NCBI RefSeq assembly: GCF_022045235.1 | Contig: NW_027266266.1 | Span: 4,953,848 to 5,017,847, forward strand | Source: Haliotis cracherodii | Lineage: Eukaryota | Reading direction: 5' to 3' | DNA length: 64,000 bases | In this document: positions 13,991 to 25,935 of the stretch, one piece after another | Position numbering within the stretch: the first letter of the stretch is position 1 | How the letters are laid out: every line of letters starts with the position of its first letter | Program-made: the position numbers and the translations under genes | Notes under the pieces: model-generated | The model's input: only the letters and a program-made list of their open reading frames with translations | Databases searched by the model: none | What the model was told of the DNA's origin: nothing

Positions 13991-14479
13991 TTCTATAAAC
14001 ACACATGAAGATCAGATCACGTTTGTAAGTTGTTTTAGTGGACGGACGAGTAACGAGAATGTATGCACTAACATTGAACTGTACTATAAAGCATAAAATC
14101 AATCTTGTTTCAAATTGACGGGAAAATGTTTGCTTAATCAATTCCAAGAGAATAAATATATCGTTTATAACTATAGTTTAACTTACCGCATTTGAGGATG
14201 TAACAGCAGATTAACCTTGTCGCCAATGACAGCTTGTGGCCACCGAGGGTGGACACCTATGGCTGCCGGATGAACGAAGTCTGGTTGTTGATTACGATGC
14301 CTGCAGTGGTAAGGAGAAACATACCATTTAAACACCAGGGTGGAAACACCTATTCATTGACCAAGATACACACTAATCTACTAATCGACTAATCATCTCC
14401 CAATATCCATTTTACAATTTAAAGAGAGGTTGCCTCAGTGCCGAACAGTTAATCCATGTAATATATGTCGATGTATTCT

Positions 14480-14830
14480 CATAGAGAACAGAACAGTTTG
14501 ATGTTGGAGGAAAGCCAGAAGTGATGCAGGTCTCAGAATTCAACACTTTGGGCAGAGTCACCATTGCGTGTGGAAAGGTGAGGAGGTGAATGTTGTAGAA
14601 CGCCCCAGGCAGCAATATTACAGCTAACATTTGACTGACAAGCAAACAAGTTGATGGGGTTGTGGAATGATCAACGGGAGAACAATCACACATGTGACTG
14701 GCCCTAATTGTATTCAACAACCATAAGGTACCGGGTTACCTATTCTGCCCTGGGTCACCCCTAGAGCATATAGAAGAACCCTGTTAAATGTTGGTGTGTG
14801 GGTGAGGCCAATGCTCGCTAAATGTTCCCA
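14480..14830. repeat. segmental duplication, copy 2 distal block; further short sub-duplications at 14100-14420 versus 14830-15060 and 15280-15330
   Basis: see 12584-12990. Confidence 0.7.
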
Positions 14831-15069
14831 CAATGACTGGAAAATGTTTGCCCTCAAGAATTAATTATAGTTTAACTTACCGCATTTTGGGATGTCACTT
14901 ATCGTTGCCGCTTCCTTATGAAAGCTACCTGGTCGTTGGTTACGATGTCTGAAGTAGTAAGGAGATGTTCGTTAACATATTTAGAAACATACCATTTAAA
15001 CAGGGTGGAAACACCTCTTCTTGGACCAAGATACACACTAATCTACTTCTGCAACACCATGCTTGCTTT

Positions 15070-15225
15070 AAAAGGCGACTATGCTTGTCGTAAGAGGCGA
15101 GTAACGGGATCGGGATCGATGTTCATGTCAATCACTGGATTGTCTGGTCTAGTCTCGATTATTTACAGACCGCCGTCATATAGCTGGAATATTGCTGAGT
15201 GCGGCAAGCAACAAACTAACTTCTG
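15070..15225 (+). mobile_element. SINE family A copy
   Basis: tail module ccgtcatatagctggaatattgctgagtgcggcaagcaacaaac. Confidence 0.7.
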
Positions 15226-15609
15226 CAACCATCTACTAACACCAATTTCCGAAACATATCAATCCTGTCCGTAAATCTTTAAAATTTGACAATTTAAAGA
15301 GAGGTTGCCTCAGTGCCGAACATTGATCCACGCTATTTGAATACAATGACATGCATCAACTAAGTTACGAGCCTGGCCACCCGATCCCGTTAGATAACTG
15401 TTACAAATATGGGCCGGGTTGCTGAAGGTTACGTCTGGTCCAGATCTTCACGGGACTGAATGTGAGTGGGTGAGTGAGTGCTGTGACTGTATATCATTAT
15501 TCCACCAATATCAGAGACTGGGACAGGAATGGGCACAACACGTGGTGGGATAAGGTAACAATAGTTGTGTATGACAAGCCAGCGGTTGAGACACAAGGTC
15601 AACCCACGT

Positions 15610-16185
15610 AGAATAGGTCGATGTGCATCTTCCCGAGGCAAGAGAGTTAACTGACTATAAAAGTCCAGTTTCAACCCTTGCCGAACTAGGCTGGTATCAT
15701 GGAGTTACATTTTGGCTGGGGTAACGAGTCTATGCATAGTCCAATCAAAATCGCGCACCGAAATTGAAATCTGGTTTGTAAAATGTCGTGCAGATTTCTG
15801 TCGATTGCAGGATTTGCAAAGCATGTGCACCGCCAACGAGTTGTCAACAGATATTTTCCAAGTCTCTTCATGTTTGTAATCAAGGTGCTCACGTGATTTG
15901 ATGTACTTCGCCATGTAAGACCTGTCTTATCACAATATAGATCTTGATTATCAATCAGATCGTTTTGACTGGGCGCCACTATTTTGTTTGAATCAAATGC
16001 ATGTGATACGAGAGGTGGAATCTGATTGGTCCATAGGAGAGGCTTAGCAGGAATATTACTCGTAATAACCACTGGTGGCGCTACGGTCGAGCCCAGGAAT
16101 TACAGCCTAGTTCGGCAAGGGTGGAAACTGGATTTTTATAGTCAGTTAATCGTCTTGCCTCGGGAAGATGGTCGATGTGCCTCCC
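15610..16185. mobile_element. MITE family 2 (foldback type) with TIRs of about 70 bp or more
   Basis: 15620-15690 is the reverse complement of 16100-16185 (..catcttcccgaggcaagagagttaactgactataaaagtccagtttcaacccttgccgaactaggctgg..); related fragments at 26596-27000 and 53875-54115. Confidence 0.75.
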
Positions 16186-16408
16186 TTTGTAAATGATACA
16201 TCTCGACACATTGGGTCAACTTACTGGTGATGCCTCCTCCCAGGGTCATCTGAAGAGCACCAGCAGGCTTGCGGACGCGTCCCCTCCTCTGTAATGAAAC
16301 AAACAATACTTAGACCCTTACTCAATCAAAGGATACACAGTCCCACTTACCAGGAATATATATAAACGATACAAATTATTTATCACGTTCCTATTGTGTC
16401 GGTTTGTG

Positions 16409-16614
16409 ATTTAACGCCGGGGTCAGCAATAGGTCTCTATATAATCGAGTCTGGAACAGACAATCCAGTGATTGACATCATGAACATCAATTGGGATACG
16501 ATGACACGATGAACCTGACCACCCGATCCCGTTAGTCGACTCTGACAAGCAAGTCGCCTTTCATGGCAAGTATGGGTTGCTAAAGATCTACTCTAAACCG
16601 GATGTTAACGGGTC
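16409..16614 (-). mobile_element. SINE family A copy
   Basis: family A body similarity. Confidence 0.7.
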
Positions 16615-16905
16615 TTGTGGACAGTGAGTCGGGGTTTATTGTCGGAGTACATCAGTGTTATGGTGAAGTATCGGATTAAAGTTAGACCAAGTTCTTGTTA
16701 AAGGAAACAGCCACCGTTAAACGGATATATTATCAAAAACGATACTAATCACGTATCGATGGTGTTCCTATTGTAGAAAGTGAGGGAGTTGGGTGTATTG
16801 TTCAAGTATATTAATACAACATTTGAGAACATAGTCCTAGATGTTGATGTTGCAGTTTCAAGCTTGCTGTTGAGACTGGCAGCTATGGAAATACCATTTA
16901 CGATG

Positions 16906-17000
16906 AGTGAGTGTGTATGGTTTTACGCCGTTTTTAGCAATATTCCAGCCATATCACGGCGGGGGACACCAGAAATGGGCTTCACACATTGTACCCACCA
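16906..17000 (-). mobile_element. SINE family B, 3' half, inverted
   Basis: gagtgagtg..ggttttacgccgtttttagcaatattccagccatatcacggcgggggacacc. Confidence 0.7.
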
Positions 17001-17581
17001 TTTACGATGAAAGATAGTATATGTCATAGACGCTTAAATGAGTCGGATTCCTACTCTGAATTGAGGATCAAGTTCATTGGAAAATCAATCAATATCATAC
17101 AAATAAAACTATTATGTATATCATACAGAGTAATAGCATTGCTATTACAAGAAACGTCTGTCTATTGCTTTTTACGTATGTATAGACAAGAAATACAAAT
17201 TGTAAATCTGATGCATAGTCACGCTTTTTGCAGGTATTTTGGAACAAAGACAATTTACTGAATAGAAGTGTATATATATATCGGTATTATGGTCAGGAAT
17301 CAGCTTACAGTTGGTCAGATCGACTTACAACATTTTTTATGATTTTACCGCCGCTTTGATTAATGAACTCTGCACAGCGAATTGCGGCGCCTTAGATGAC
17401 TGGGCCACCCATGCCCCCGAATGTGACAATGAAATACCCTAACACACTATTGTCCTCTGTCGGATTGTTTCATGAACTGATGACAGCGCATTAGGAGTGT
17501 TTGTTGCAGTTGCATGAAGGAGGTACTTCTACAATCGTTGGGTATGGAAGTCAATTGACAAGAGATGAAACGAAATCTCAC

Positions 17582-17800
17582 CGAAGTCCTTTGTGCCTCA
17601 TCTAAAACACGCAGCAGAGCCTGGTATGGTTGTTGTTGCTGCTGCTGCTGTTGCTGACGTTGCTGGTCGCGAGCCAGCCTCTGTTGATCCATCCTTCTTT
17701 GCTGTTGACGCTGTTGCTGCTGTTGCTGTTGCTGTTGACGAATCATGGCTACCGTCCTCTGTCTATGTCGTTGATTTCGCCTATTGTTGGCAGCTTGATT
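17582..17800 (-). CDS. candidate exon, 219 nt, phase 0/0, Q-rich: NQAANNRRNQRHRQRTVAMIRQQQQQQQQQRQQQRR..QPYQALLRVLDEAQRTS
   Basis: acceptor tttttttctctcag| and donor |gtgaga on the minus strand with the ORF open between them; no homology recognised; low-complexity (CAG/CAA) content. Confidence 0.35.
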
Positions 17801-17889
17801 CTGAGAGAAAAAAATACCCAATTATAAGATATAATTATACTATTCTAATGGCGAAATATTTATTTATTCATATAAATTACTGTCTGTAC

Positions 17890-18050
17890 TATATACTGCA
17901 GCTATGTGACGGCGATCTGTAAACAGTACTGACAGTCTGGTGATTGACATCATGAGCATCGATCAACTGAATTGGGATACGAGGACATGCATCAACCAAG
18001 TCAGTGGGCTTGACAACCCGATCCTGTTAGGCGCCTCTCGAGTATTTACA
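17890..18050 (-). mobile_element. SINE family A copy
   Basis: family A body similarity. Confidence 0.7.
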
Positions 18051-18380
18051 GATCGATGTCATGTGGCTGTAGTGAGTGAGTTAATATTTAACGTCACGTC
18101 TAAAAAGCTGTCATCGATGGACAGTACGATCAATAGAATATCACAGATAAATATATAAAACTAGCATACAACCATAAAAAGATATCAATATATGTAATAA
18201 TATTGTCTAAACATCGTCAACAACTGAAGGTAGATCACCATGCTAGGGTCTCGTGTGGCTGGAATATTGCTGAGTGTGGCGTTAAACAACAAACAGATCA
18301 ATGTACAAAATCATGACCATGTGATCGATATTGTGAGCATCGATCCACGGCGTCGAGGTACTATTCAGGAAATCAATTAA

Positions 18381-18540
18381 GTCACCTAGCCTGATCCCCC
18401 GATCCACTACGTCGCCTAGCCTGATCCCCCGATCCACTAAGTCATCTAGCCTGATCCCCCCGATCCACTAAGTCACCTAGCCTGATCCCCCGATCCACTA
18501 AGTCGCCTAGCCTGACCCCCCGATCCACTAAGTCGCCCCT
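18381..18540. repeat. tandem repeat, about 33-bp unit x5 (cctagcctgatcccccgatccactaagtcg)
   Basis: direct read. Confidence 0.85.
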
Positions 18541-18867
18541 AATGAGCAGTATATGTTGCTGTGGGCCATTCTATCCCGGAATCACGAGATGTTTTAGTGG
18601 AACATTGTGTTGTTATACACAGGAGTGTTGAATACGAGATTTAACTTAAATGCTCAGGGGAGGAAGAAAATGCGATGGTGAAGCTAAGCGCCAAATTGAG
18701 GTCCTTTGACTAGGTCATGGGCGATTAATTTCAGGCATCTTAGGCTACATGGCAAGAGAGTTAGTCAAAAAAGATGAATCTTATACTGTCAATGAGAATT
18801 AACTACATAGTATACTCACAGTTGTCTGTGTCGCCAACGAGCCTAAAGTTAATGCTGTCACGGGTGC

Positions 18868-19030
18868 TGCTGTAGCCGAAGTAGACGCTGTAGCCGAAGT
18901 AGACGCTGTAGCCGAAGTAGACGCTGTAGCCGAAGTAGACGCTGTGGCCGAAGTAGACGCTGTGGCCGAAGTAGACGCTGTGGCCGAAGTAGACGCTGTG
19001 GCCGAAGTAGACGCTCTGGCCGATGTAGAC
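18868..19030. repeat. tandem repeat, 20-bp unit x8 (gccgaagtagacgctgtRgc)
   Basis: direct read. Confidence 0.85.
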
Positions 19031-19593
19031 GTCGACGAGAAACCCTAAAAAGGAATGTAAGAGTTGACATTATATATGCATATATACAGACAGTGCACGG
19101 GCTCGTTATGTATATCGTGTAGCGTGCCTGGACAAACTCCAGGTGGCCCAAACAAATGTTTTCCATGCCTGTCACCGACCCTAAAACATGCCTTGTTTCT
19201 TCAGGGAGATTTATATTTGATATATGACTACAACAACTAGCTATAGCCCTGACAATAAAACAACGCTTAGTCACCAATGTGAGTTAAGAACTGAACGTGA
19301 AACCCTTCATTTTGCCCTAGCTCGTTTCCTAAGTACATGTAGACTGGAATACAAATTGATGAGCACATCTCGTTTTCATAATTATAAAGTTTGATTACAA
19401 TTTATCTAGTAGTTATAAAAATAGTCGAAGAGTTATCTCAGACTCGATTACATCATTGTGCAGACAGAAGACGTAGCTCCAACACTGCAGGTACGGTCTG
19501 AGTCAATATCAAGGTGTCACCCACCACAAGACTATTATGATGTTCACATTGGTGTTAAACCTGAATTTATTCTTGTCTCTCACTTACAATTAC

Positions 19594-19812
19594 CTTCAGT
19601 CGCCTGTTCTCCTCCTTCACCTGCCTAATGTCCTCCTTAGCCTGTCGAACCTCCACGGTTGCCTGTCGAACCTCCTCTATTGCCTGCCGGTTCTCCCCCC
19701 TTAGTCGCCGGTTCGCCTCCCTCAGTCGCCGGTTCTCCTCCATTGCCTGCCGGTTCTCTTCCCTCAGTCGCCGGTTCTCCTCGCGGAGCTGGCGGACCTC
19801 GGTCTCGACAAG
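19594..19812 (-). CDS. candidate exon, 219 nt, phase 0/0, coiled-coil-like: LVETEVRQLREENRRLREENRQAMEENRRLREANRRLRGENRQAIEEVRQATVEVRQAKEDIRQVKEENRRLK
   Basis: acceptor tgttgtgtggcag| and strong donor |gtaattgtaagt; heptad-like ENRRLRE repeats; frame compatible with the neighbouring candidate exons. Confidence 0.4.
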
Positions 19813-20053
19813 CTGCCACACAACAAATGTAAGATGTCAGCCTATTGCAGTTATAATGCTTCACCTATGTATTCAAGGCGTATGTACATAGGAGTGAGTG
19901 AGTGAGTGAGTGAATGTACATTAAAATAACTAGAATATCAGACACTGATATGTAAAACTAGCATAGGAGTAAGACGGAGTAGGCATGTATAGAACTAGTG
20001 GAACTCGTTGAATGAGTTGAAGCAGACATATTAAACCCAAACTATTTACTCAC

Positions 20054-20404
20054 ATTCATTGGTGCCGCCCCCCGACGGCCTGGCACTGCTGACCGCCTCC
20101 TTGCTGCCGGAGTCGTCGTCATCGGGGTGGCGAATGGCGTAGAGGAGGTCGATGACATCCTGGATGTTGACGGCGTCTGGTCCGCCTGCTGTGCCTGGGA
20201 GGTGCCCTGGGTCGCTGGAGGTCCCTGGGAGGTGCCCTGGGTCGCTCGGGGTTCCTGGGAGGTGCCCTGAGTCGCTGGAGGTGCCTGGGAGGTGCCCTGG
20301 GTCGCTGGAGGTGCCTGGGAGGTGCCCTGGGTCGCCGGAGGTGCCTGGGAGGTGCCCTGGGTCGCCTGCGGGGCCAATCCGAGAGACGTGAAGAATGAGA
20401 ACAT
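20054..20404 (-). CDS. candidate first coding exon: ATG, then a hydrophobic N-terminus (MFSFFTSLGLA), then six ATQGTSQAPP repeats, then a S/T/P-rich tail; donor |gtgagt after ..PMN
   Basis: acceptor ttgattccag| at 20410-20413 just upstream of the ATG at 20402-20404; 351 nt in phase 0 up to a consensus gtgagt donor; no homology. Confidence 0.3.
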
Positions 20405-20551
20405 GATGGCTGGAATCAAACAGATGGAAATAATCGCTAGAAGTATGGAAGTATGTAGGTGTGCAGAGATCGTTAAACGAGATGCGCGATGCGACTGTGG
20501 AAGTATCCATGTTTTATAGTCCAACCCGAAGGAGCATCCATTTGATTTCAA

Positions 20552-20600
20552 GGGGGTGGGGGTGGGGGGTGGGGGGGTTAGGGGGGTTGGGTTGGTGGAG
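20552..20600 (+). repeat. G-tract cluster (GGGGGTGGGGGTGGGGGGTGGGGGGG...), a potential G-quadruplex; a C13 tract lies at 20740-20752
   Basis: direct read. Confidence 0.8.
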
Positions 20601-21414
20601 GAGCTTGATTAAGGTTTGAGATTAGTTGATTTTACACAGACATTTGACTCCTCGATAATACAATACCCACTTTCTATAAGAAAAAGGCGCATAACTGTTT
20701 TAAATAAAGCAGGGGATTGAGTCTCATTTTAGAAAATATCCCCCCCCCCCTCTCCCGACAATAAGATGGTTGCTCCCTTAGCCACAGTCAAACCAGCAAG
20801 CACGTGCCCAGGGACTATTGGGGTGTTCAGTGACAAGCAACTGAAAGCGTGGAGGTTGATGTATTCTCGTGAAGCTCAAACATTCAGCCGAGTCGCAAGC
20901 GCCTTGAAACAATGGGGAGACGTCACTAACCTCCCGGCCTATCTGACATTATTATGCAACGATGCTCTGGGTGGACATGTCGAACGTGCTCTAATCGAGT
21001 GACAAGCCTTGCACCTTTCATGGGACATCAGCCAGACAATGGAAATCAACATCGTGTAAAAACACACAACGTTTTACCAATAATATTATTTAATTTATAA
21101 GTTGATCATTCTTGATCATTATCCATGTTTCAGCGTCCATTGTCCACACACTATCGCTGCAATATTCAGTCAGTATTGTTAGAATAGTTGTACTTTTCGT
21201 TATTGGCGTGCATGTCATATTAGTAAACTTTATCATCACGTGTTACGGATTTCATTAAAGCACATTTTCAGAAATAACCTGATTGATACAAACTTCTTTA
21301 TTTGATTTGACAGGGATCCCAACAAGTAAGCACTTTAACTTGCAGGGGGAGGGTGGGTAACCTATGGGATAAAGCATTCGCTCGGCCAGCCGAAGACCGG
21401 TTCCATTCCTCACA

Positions 21415-21960
21415 TTGGTGGACCGCCTCCGTGGTCTAGTGGTAGAGCGTCTGTCCGGAGGGCGGAAGGTCGTGGGTTCGATCCCAGGCGGGGTCATACC
21501 AAAAAGGGCTACAAGATGGTACTTGTTGTTTCCCTGTCTGGCGCTCAGCATTAAGGTTGGTTGTTGGTTGGTTTCTTGTTTTACGCCGCACTCAGCAATA
21601 TTCCAGTTATATGACGACGGTCTGTAAATAATCGAGTCTGTACCAGACAATGCAGTGATTGATATCATGAGCATCGATCCACGAAATTGGGATCGATGAC
21701 ATGCATCAACCAAGTCAGCGAGCCTGACCACCCGATCCCGTTAGTCGCCTTTTACGACAAGCATAGTCACCTTTTACGATAAGTATGTGTTGCTGAAGAC
21801 CTATTCTACCTCGGAATCTTCACGGGCTTCAGCTTTAATGGGCTAAAGCAAGGACTGGCCGTCTCGGAGTCAATACACTGTGTCTGAGTGGGGTATTCAT
21901 GTTAAACTGAGGTTTGGTAGCTCAGTAGGCTAGCACTATAAATTCGCCATCAGTCCGGAC
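21415..21960 (+). mobile_element. composite SINE: tRNA-like head (21415-21495), a nested or adjacent SINE family A body (21565-21832, inverted), and a 3' region (21840-21960)
   Basis: head and 3' region re-occur together without the family A body at 35185-35410. Confidence 0.6.
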
Positions 21961-22071
21961 TAACTATATAGGCACGTCGCTATATAAGTACGACCCCATT
22001 TCACCTCACTTCCACTTTATTTGATTTATTTTTAATACAATAACTTTTGAAAATATCGTTTTGTGAGTAGA

Positions 22072-22340
22072 GTTGGTTGGTTGGTTTGTTGTTTGACGCC
22101 GCACTCAGCAATATTCCAGTTATATGACGGCGGTCTGTAAATAATCGAGTCTGGACCAGACAATGCAGTGATTGATATCATGAGCATCGATCCACGAAAT
22201 TGGGACCGATGACATGCATCAACCAAGTCAGCGAGCCTGACCACCCGATCCCGTTAGTCGCCTTTTACGACAAGCAGAGTCGCCTTTTAGGGCGAACATG
22301 GGTTGCTGAAGACCTATTCTACCCCGGATGTTCACGGGTC
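22072..22340 (-). mobile_element. SINE family A, near full length
   Basis: about 90% identical to 21565-21832. Confidence 0.8.
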
Positions 22341-22654
22341 CTGTGAGTATAGAGCCTGATAGTGTGGGATATACTGATACATATACCGCATGAATGTTAA
22401 AACGAACTGTTCATAAACAAATGTCACAGACATGGGTTTCACATGTACATTTGTGTTGTGTATAGAGAATAGCGTAATAGGTCGTTTAGCGTTATATAAT
22501 CCAACATGTGGCACAGACACTGTTATCCTGTTTAATTCATACGTTTCTGTGTTTAGGAAATTTTCAGGTAAGTCTCCCACTTTCATTGCGGGCTGTCAGT
22601 AATCTGAACAGGCAAACCAGCTGCTGATAGAATGATGTACTACGACCGTCGCTG

Positions 22655-22657
22655 CTG

Positions 22658-22712
<55 letters not shown>

Positions 22713-22830
22713 ACTACTACACCACCGCCACAACGACGACGACAACCACCACTACTGTTACTACTACAACAACCAGTATCATCACTACTACTACATCATC
22801 TACCTCTACTACCCACCCGTGAAGATCCGG
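22655..22830. repeat. (TAC)n microsatellite, degenerating into (CAN)n
   Basis: direct read. Confidence 0.9.
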
Positions 22831-22854
22831 TTAGAGTAGGTCTTCAGCAACCCA

Positions 22855-23075
22855 TGCTTGCCGTAAAAGGTGACTATGCTTGTCGTAAAAGGTGACTATG
22901 CTTGCCGCAAAAGGTGACTATGCTTGCCGTAAAAGGTGACTATGCTTGTCGTAAAAGGCGACTATGCTTGCCGCAAAAGGTGGCTATGCTTGCCGTAAAA
23001 GGTGACTATGCTTGTCGTAAAAGACGACTATGCTTGCCGTAAAAGGTGACTATGCTTGCCGTAAAAGGCGACAAA
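22855..23075. repeat. minisatellite, 22-bp unit x10 (ccgtaaaaggtgactatgcttg), derived from the SINE family A sequence gactatgcttgtcgtaaaagg
   Basis: the unit is identical to an internal SINE-A segment; the array is directly preceded by a SINE-A fragment at 22815-22855. Confidence 0.8.
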
Positions 23076-24620
23076 ACTAATACTTCAGATAATTAAGAGC
23101 TACGACAATATCCGTAAACTAGACAAAGACATTGAAATAGTTTGGAAACGAACATGCCGACAAAGCAGCTAAATCAGCACTTAAATTGGAAGAAGTAAGC
23201 ATCAACATTCCAATTGGTGAAAACGAAATTAAAAATACTACTAAGGAAAAAATCTTCCAAAAGTGGCAAAACAACTATCAGAAATCAAAATGCAAACTAA
23301 AACACATGCTACAAAAGCCCCTCCAAAAAAAAAAAAATCTATCATAAAACTAAAAGAATCGACAAGGCAATAATCAAATTACAAACAGGTCACACTAAAG
23401 TACTGTAGGACTATAACAAGAGCATATATCAAAATAACATTTGTGGGTATTGATTTACAGTTTGAGATAATTTCAGCCAGCTGTTCGAAGTCTTAGTCTG
23501 AACCTATTTTCTTAAAGCATGGATGTCGTAGCACTAATCAATCATTCGAGGTTGTTTATTACAGAATACTTCTCCAAAATATTTCTCATACATACTTTTC
23601 TCATTTACTTGATTTTTCTCATTTAAAGATTAAAATTCATTGAAACATAAAATTGAAAAAAAAAATTGTTTCGATAGTCAGCTATCAAAAGGAGCAAAAC
23701 AAGAAAACTTTTCCCGTTAAAGGAGTATGTGGTGAGGAGTTACCTCCCCTCTTTTATTGTCGTAACGTGCAAATGTACACATATAGAGAATCTCATCCGA
23801 GTGTCTTTTGATATCAAATATATCAACACGAGTTGATAAAAGTGCAAAAATTCCGATACCGCCGTCATATAGCTGGAATGTTGCTGAGTGTGGCGTTAAA
23901 CAACAAAAAGTTCATGTGAGCAATTGATTTTGTGAACAATTATGCTCGCGACGGGTGACACCGGTTGGGCAGGATACTGTTGCTTTCGGGAACACTTTAG
24001 TAGCTTCATCGCTTTTGATAGTGATTCATTAACACGTGCTTTGGATATAGTCGGAATCGTACCAAGGATTCTGCTTTTAGTATTTCTTGTGATTATTGAA
24101 ATGGTTTTGTCGCTTTCTATTGTAATAATAAGTATTCATACTGAATAATACGTGACATTGCAGCAAATAGTGTATAAATGGATAGGAAGATACATGCACC
24201 TACAACAATTAATCAGTTCCGATCATGAAAAGTTGAGACTTAACACACGCCGACCCAGAGGGAAGGGTGCAGGGGTGCACCCCTACTATTTGAAGCATGC
24301 TTGTCACGATAGCGTTTGGATGTGATCGATAAAAATAAATTGTCCCGTAAAATTCTTAAAAAGAATATTCAGGCTTCAGACTGTTGGAAAAAAACCTTGT
24401 TTTTTTAGTATTTAAAAAATCTTCAGGCTCATAGTTTTAAATTAAACATTATGTTTTTTGCATCTGTAACTGAAAATATCTTATTTATAGACACAATTCC
24501 AGCCCCACTCCAGAATAGGAAATGGTCGGCCCCTAATATGGTGAAAATATTGACCCTCCCTAATTATTGTCATATTTTTGGATGACCCTCCCCGTGTAAT
24601 TGTGCTTCTTTTCAGGAGAG

Positions 24621-24785
24621 GGGCGTCGGGTGGCCTAGTGGTTAAAACGTTAGCTCGTCACGCCGAAGACCCGGGTTCGATTCCCGACATGGGTACATTG
24701 TGTGAAGCCCATTTCTGGTGTGCCCCGCCGTGATATTGCTGGAACATTGCTAAAAGCGGCGTAAAACCATACTCACTCACTCACT
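24621..24785 (+). mobile_element. SINE family B copy
   Basis: target-site duplication ttttcaggagag at 24609-24620 and 24787-24798. Confidence 0.85.
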
Positions 24786-25031
24786 CTTTTCAGGAGAGCT
24801 TCGACGAAAAGCACTTTATGTTTTATTTTACAATGTCCATGACCCTCCCTAAATATGTATATTATATTCTAAGCCCTCCCCTAGTCGTATGATTTGGTGA
24901 GCCTCCCTTGCTTCCCTCTCTAATAAATGACCAGTGCCTTAAAGTTTGGCGGCCTACCTGCTTCACGTACACTTAGGCCCGACTTTACCGACTGAGAAAT
25001 CCATTATTTACATCCAGCCACAATGTCACAT

Positions 25032-25066
25032 TGGGGTTGGTGGGGGGGGGGGGGGGGGGGGGGGGG
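25032..25066 (+). repeat. poly-G tract of about 30 nt inside a GT-rich low-complexity block (25030-25400)
   Basis: direct read. Confidence 0.85.
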
Positions 25067-25800
25067 AGTGTGTGTATGCGGCGGTGGATTGTTACTTTGT
25101 TGGTGTCTTTGTGCGTGGTTGGTGCTTTTTTGTGGAGGCAGGGAGGGATATGGATGCGAGTGAGGACGTGGTTGATGGTGCGGATGAGGGAGTTGGTGTG
25201 GATGAGGGAATGGATACAGGTGATGGTGTGTGTGAGGGTAATGTGTGGCGGTGAGGGTTCGAGCGAGGGTTCGGGTGTGATTGAACTGATGTCAATGAGG
25301 GTTTGGATGTGTCTGAATGTGCGGGTGTGTTTGCGTGGTTTGCGTAAGCTGCTGTGAGTAAAGGCCTGGATATGGGAATGGATGTGGTTGTGTGTATATA
25401 GGATGTTTGTATGGGGGATAATATTATGAATATTATTTTCATAATTACCATTAAATGTGGTGTGTACATATATAAAATATTGTTTTTATTAGTCTTTTAG
25501 TGTCTCGTAGGCCATTTTGGCAGGCCGCTGAATTTTTATATTCTAGCCTTGTCATTTTATATGTACAGCGGGTGACAATATAATAAAATATTCTTATTCT
25601 TCTTCTTCTTATAAGCATGCGAGTCGGCAACCGTGTTCACTCAACCGTAAACACTTGGGCCACCACACAACATGATCATGTAATAATAATAGTAGTATAA
25701 CTAGTAGCCGTAGTATTAGTAGCTGTAGTTGTCGTTGGGAAATGGCACGTACGCGACTGTTTGTTGTTGTTGCTTCTGGACTACCACACTTATATATAAA

Positions 25801-25935
25801 AGGGGTAGTTGGGTAATGTTCGCCCGTCACGCCTAAGACCCAGTTCGTTTGCGAACATTGGTGTAATAAACTCCCCCGACGTGATATTGCTGGAACATTG
25901 CTGAAAGCGGTGTGAAACTTCACACTCTCCCTCCC
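25801..25935 (+). mobile_element. SINE family B, degenerate copy
   Basis: ttcgcccgtcacgcctaagacccagttcg..ccgacgtgatattgctggaacattgctgaaagcggtgtgaaac. Confidence 0.55.

Noticed and set aside
14198-14310. Possible small exon in the segmental duplication (acceptor tttgag| ... donor |gtaagg, duplicated at 14880-14950)
   Set aside because: All three frames contain stop codons; at best a non-coding or UTR exon; not reported.
17447-17922. Overlapping plus-strand and minus-strand ORFs across a poly-Q/CAG-CAA tract
   Set aside because: Only the minus-strand segment 17582-17800 has splice signals, and it is kept as a low-confidence exon. The plus-strand ORFs are antisense artefacts of the triplet repeat.
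18858-19277. 139-aa ORF ending in (RLLRPQ)n
   Set aside because: The repeat-encoded tail comes from the 20-bp tandem repeat at 18868-19030.
21417-21489. tRNA-like sequence (GGTCTAGTGGTAGAGCG...GGTTCGATCCC)
   Set aside because: The acceptor stem does not pair (5' GACCGCC versus 3' ..GGGGTCA) and the anticodon arm is aberrant; it is the head of a composite SINE repeated at 35185, not a tRNA gene. The same reasoning applies to the family B, C and D SINE heads.
25092-25469. 125-aa minus-strand ORF (S/T/P-rich) and plus-strand ORFs across the GT/G-rich block
   Set aside because: Low-complexity GT-rich DNA next to the poly-G tract; no splice or start context; both strands are open.
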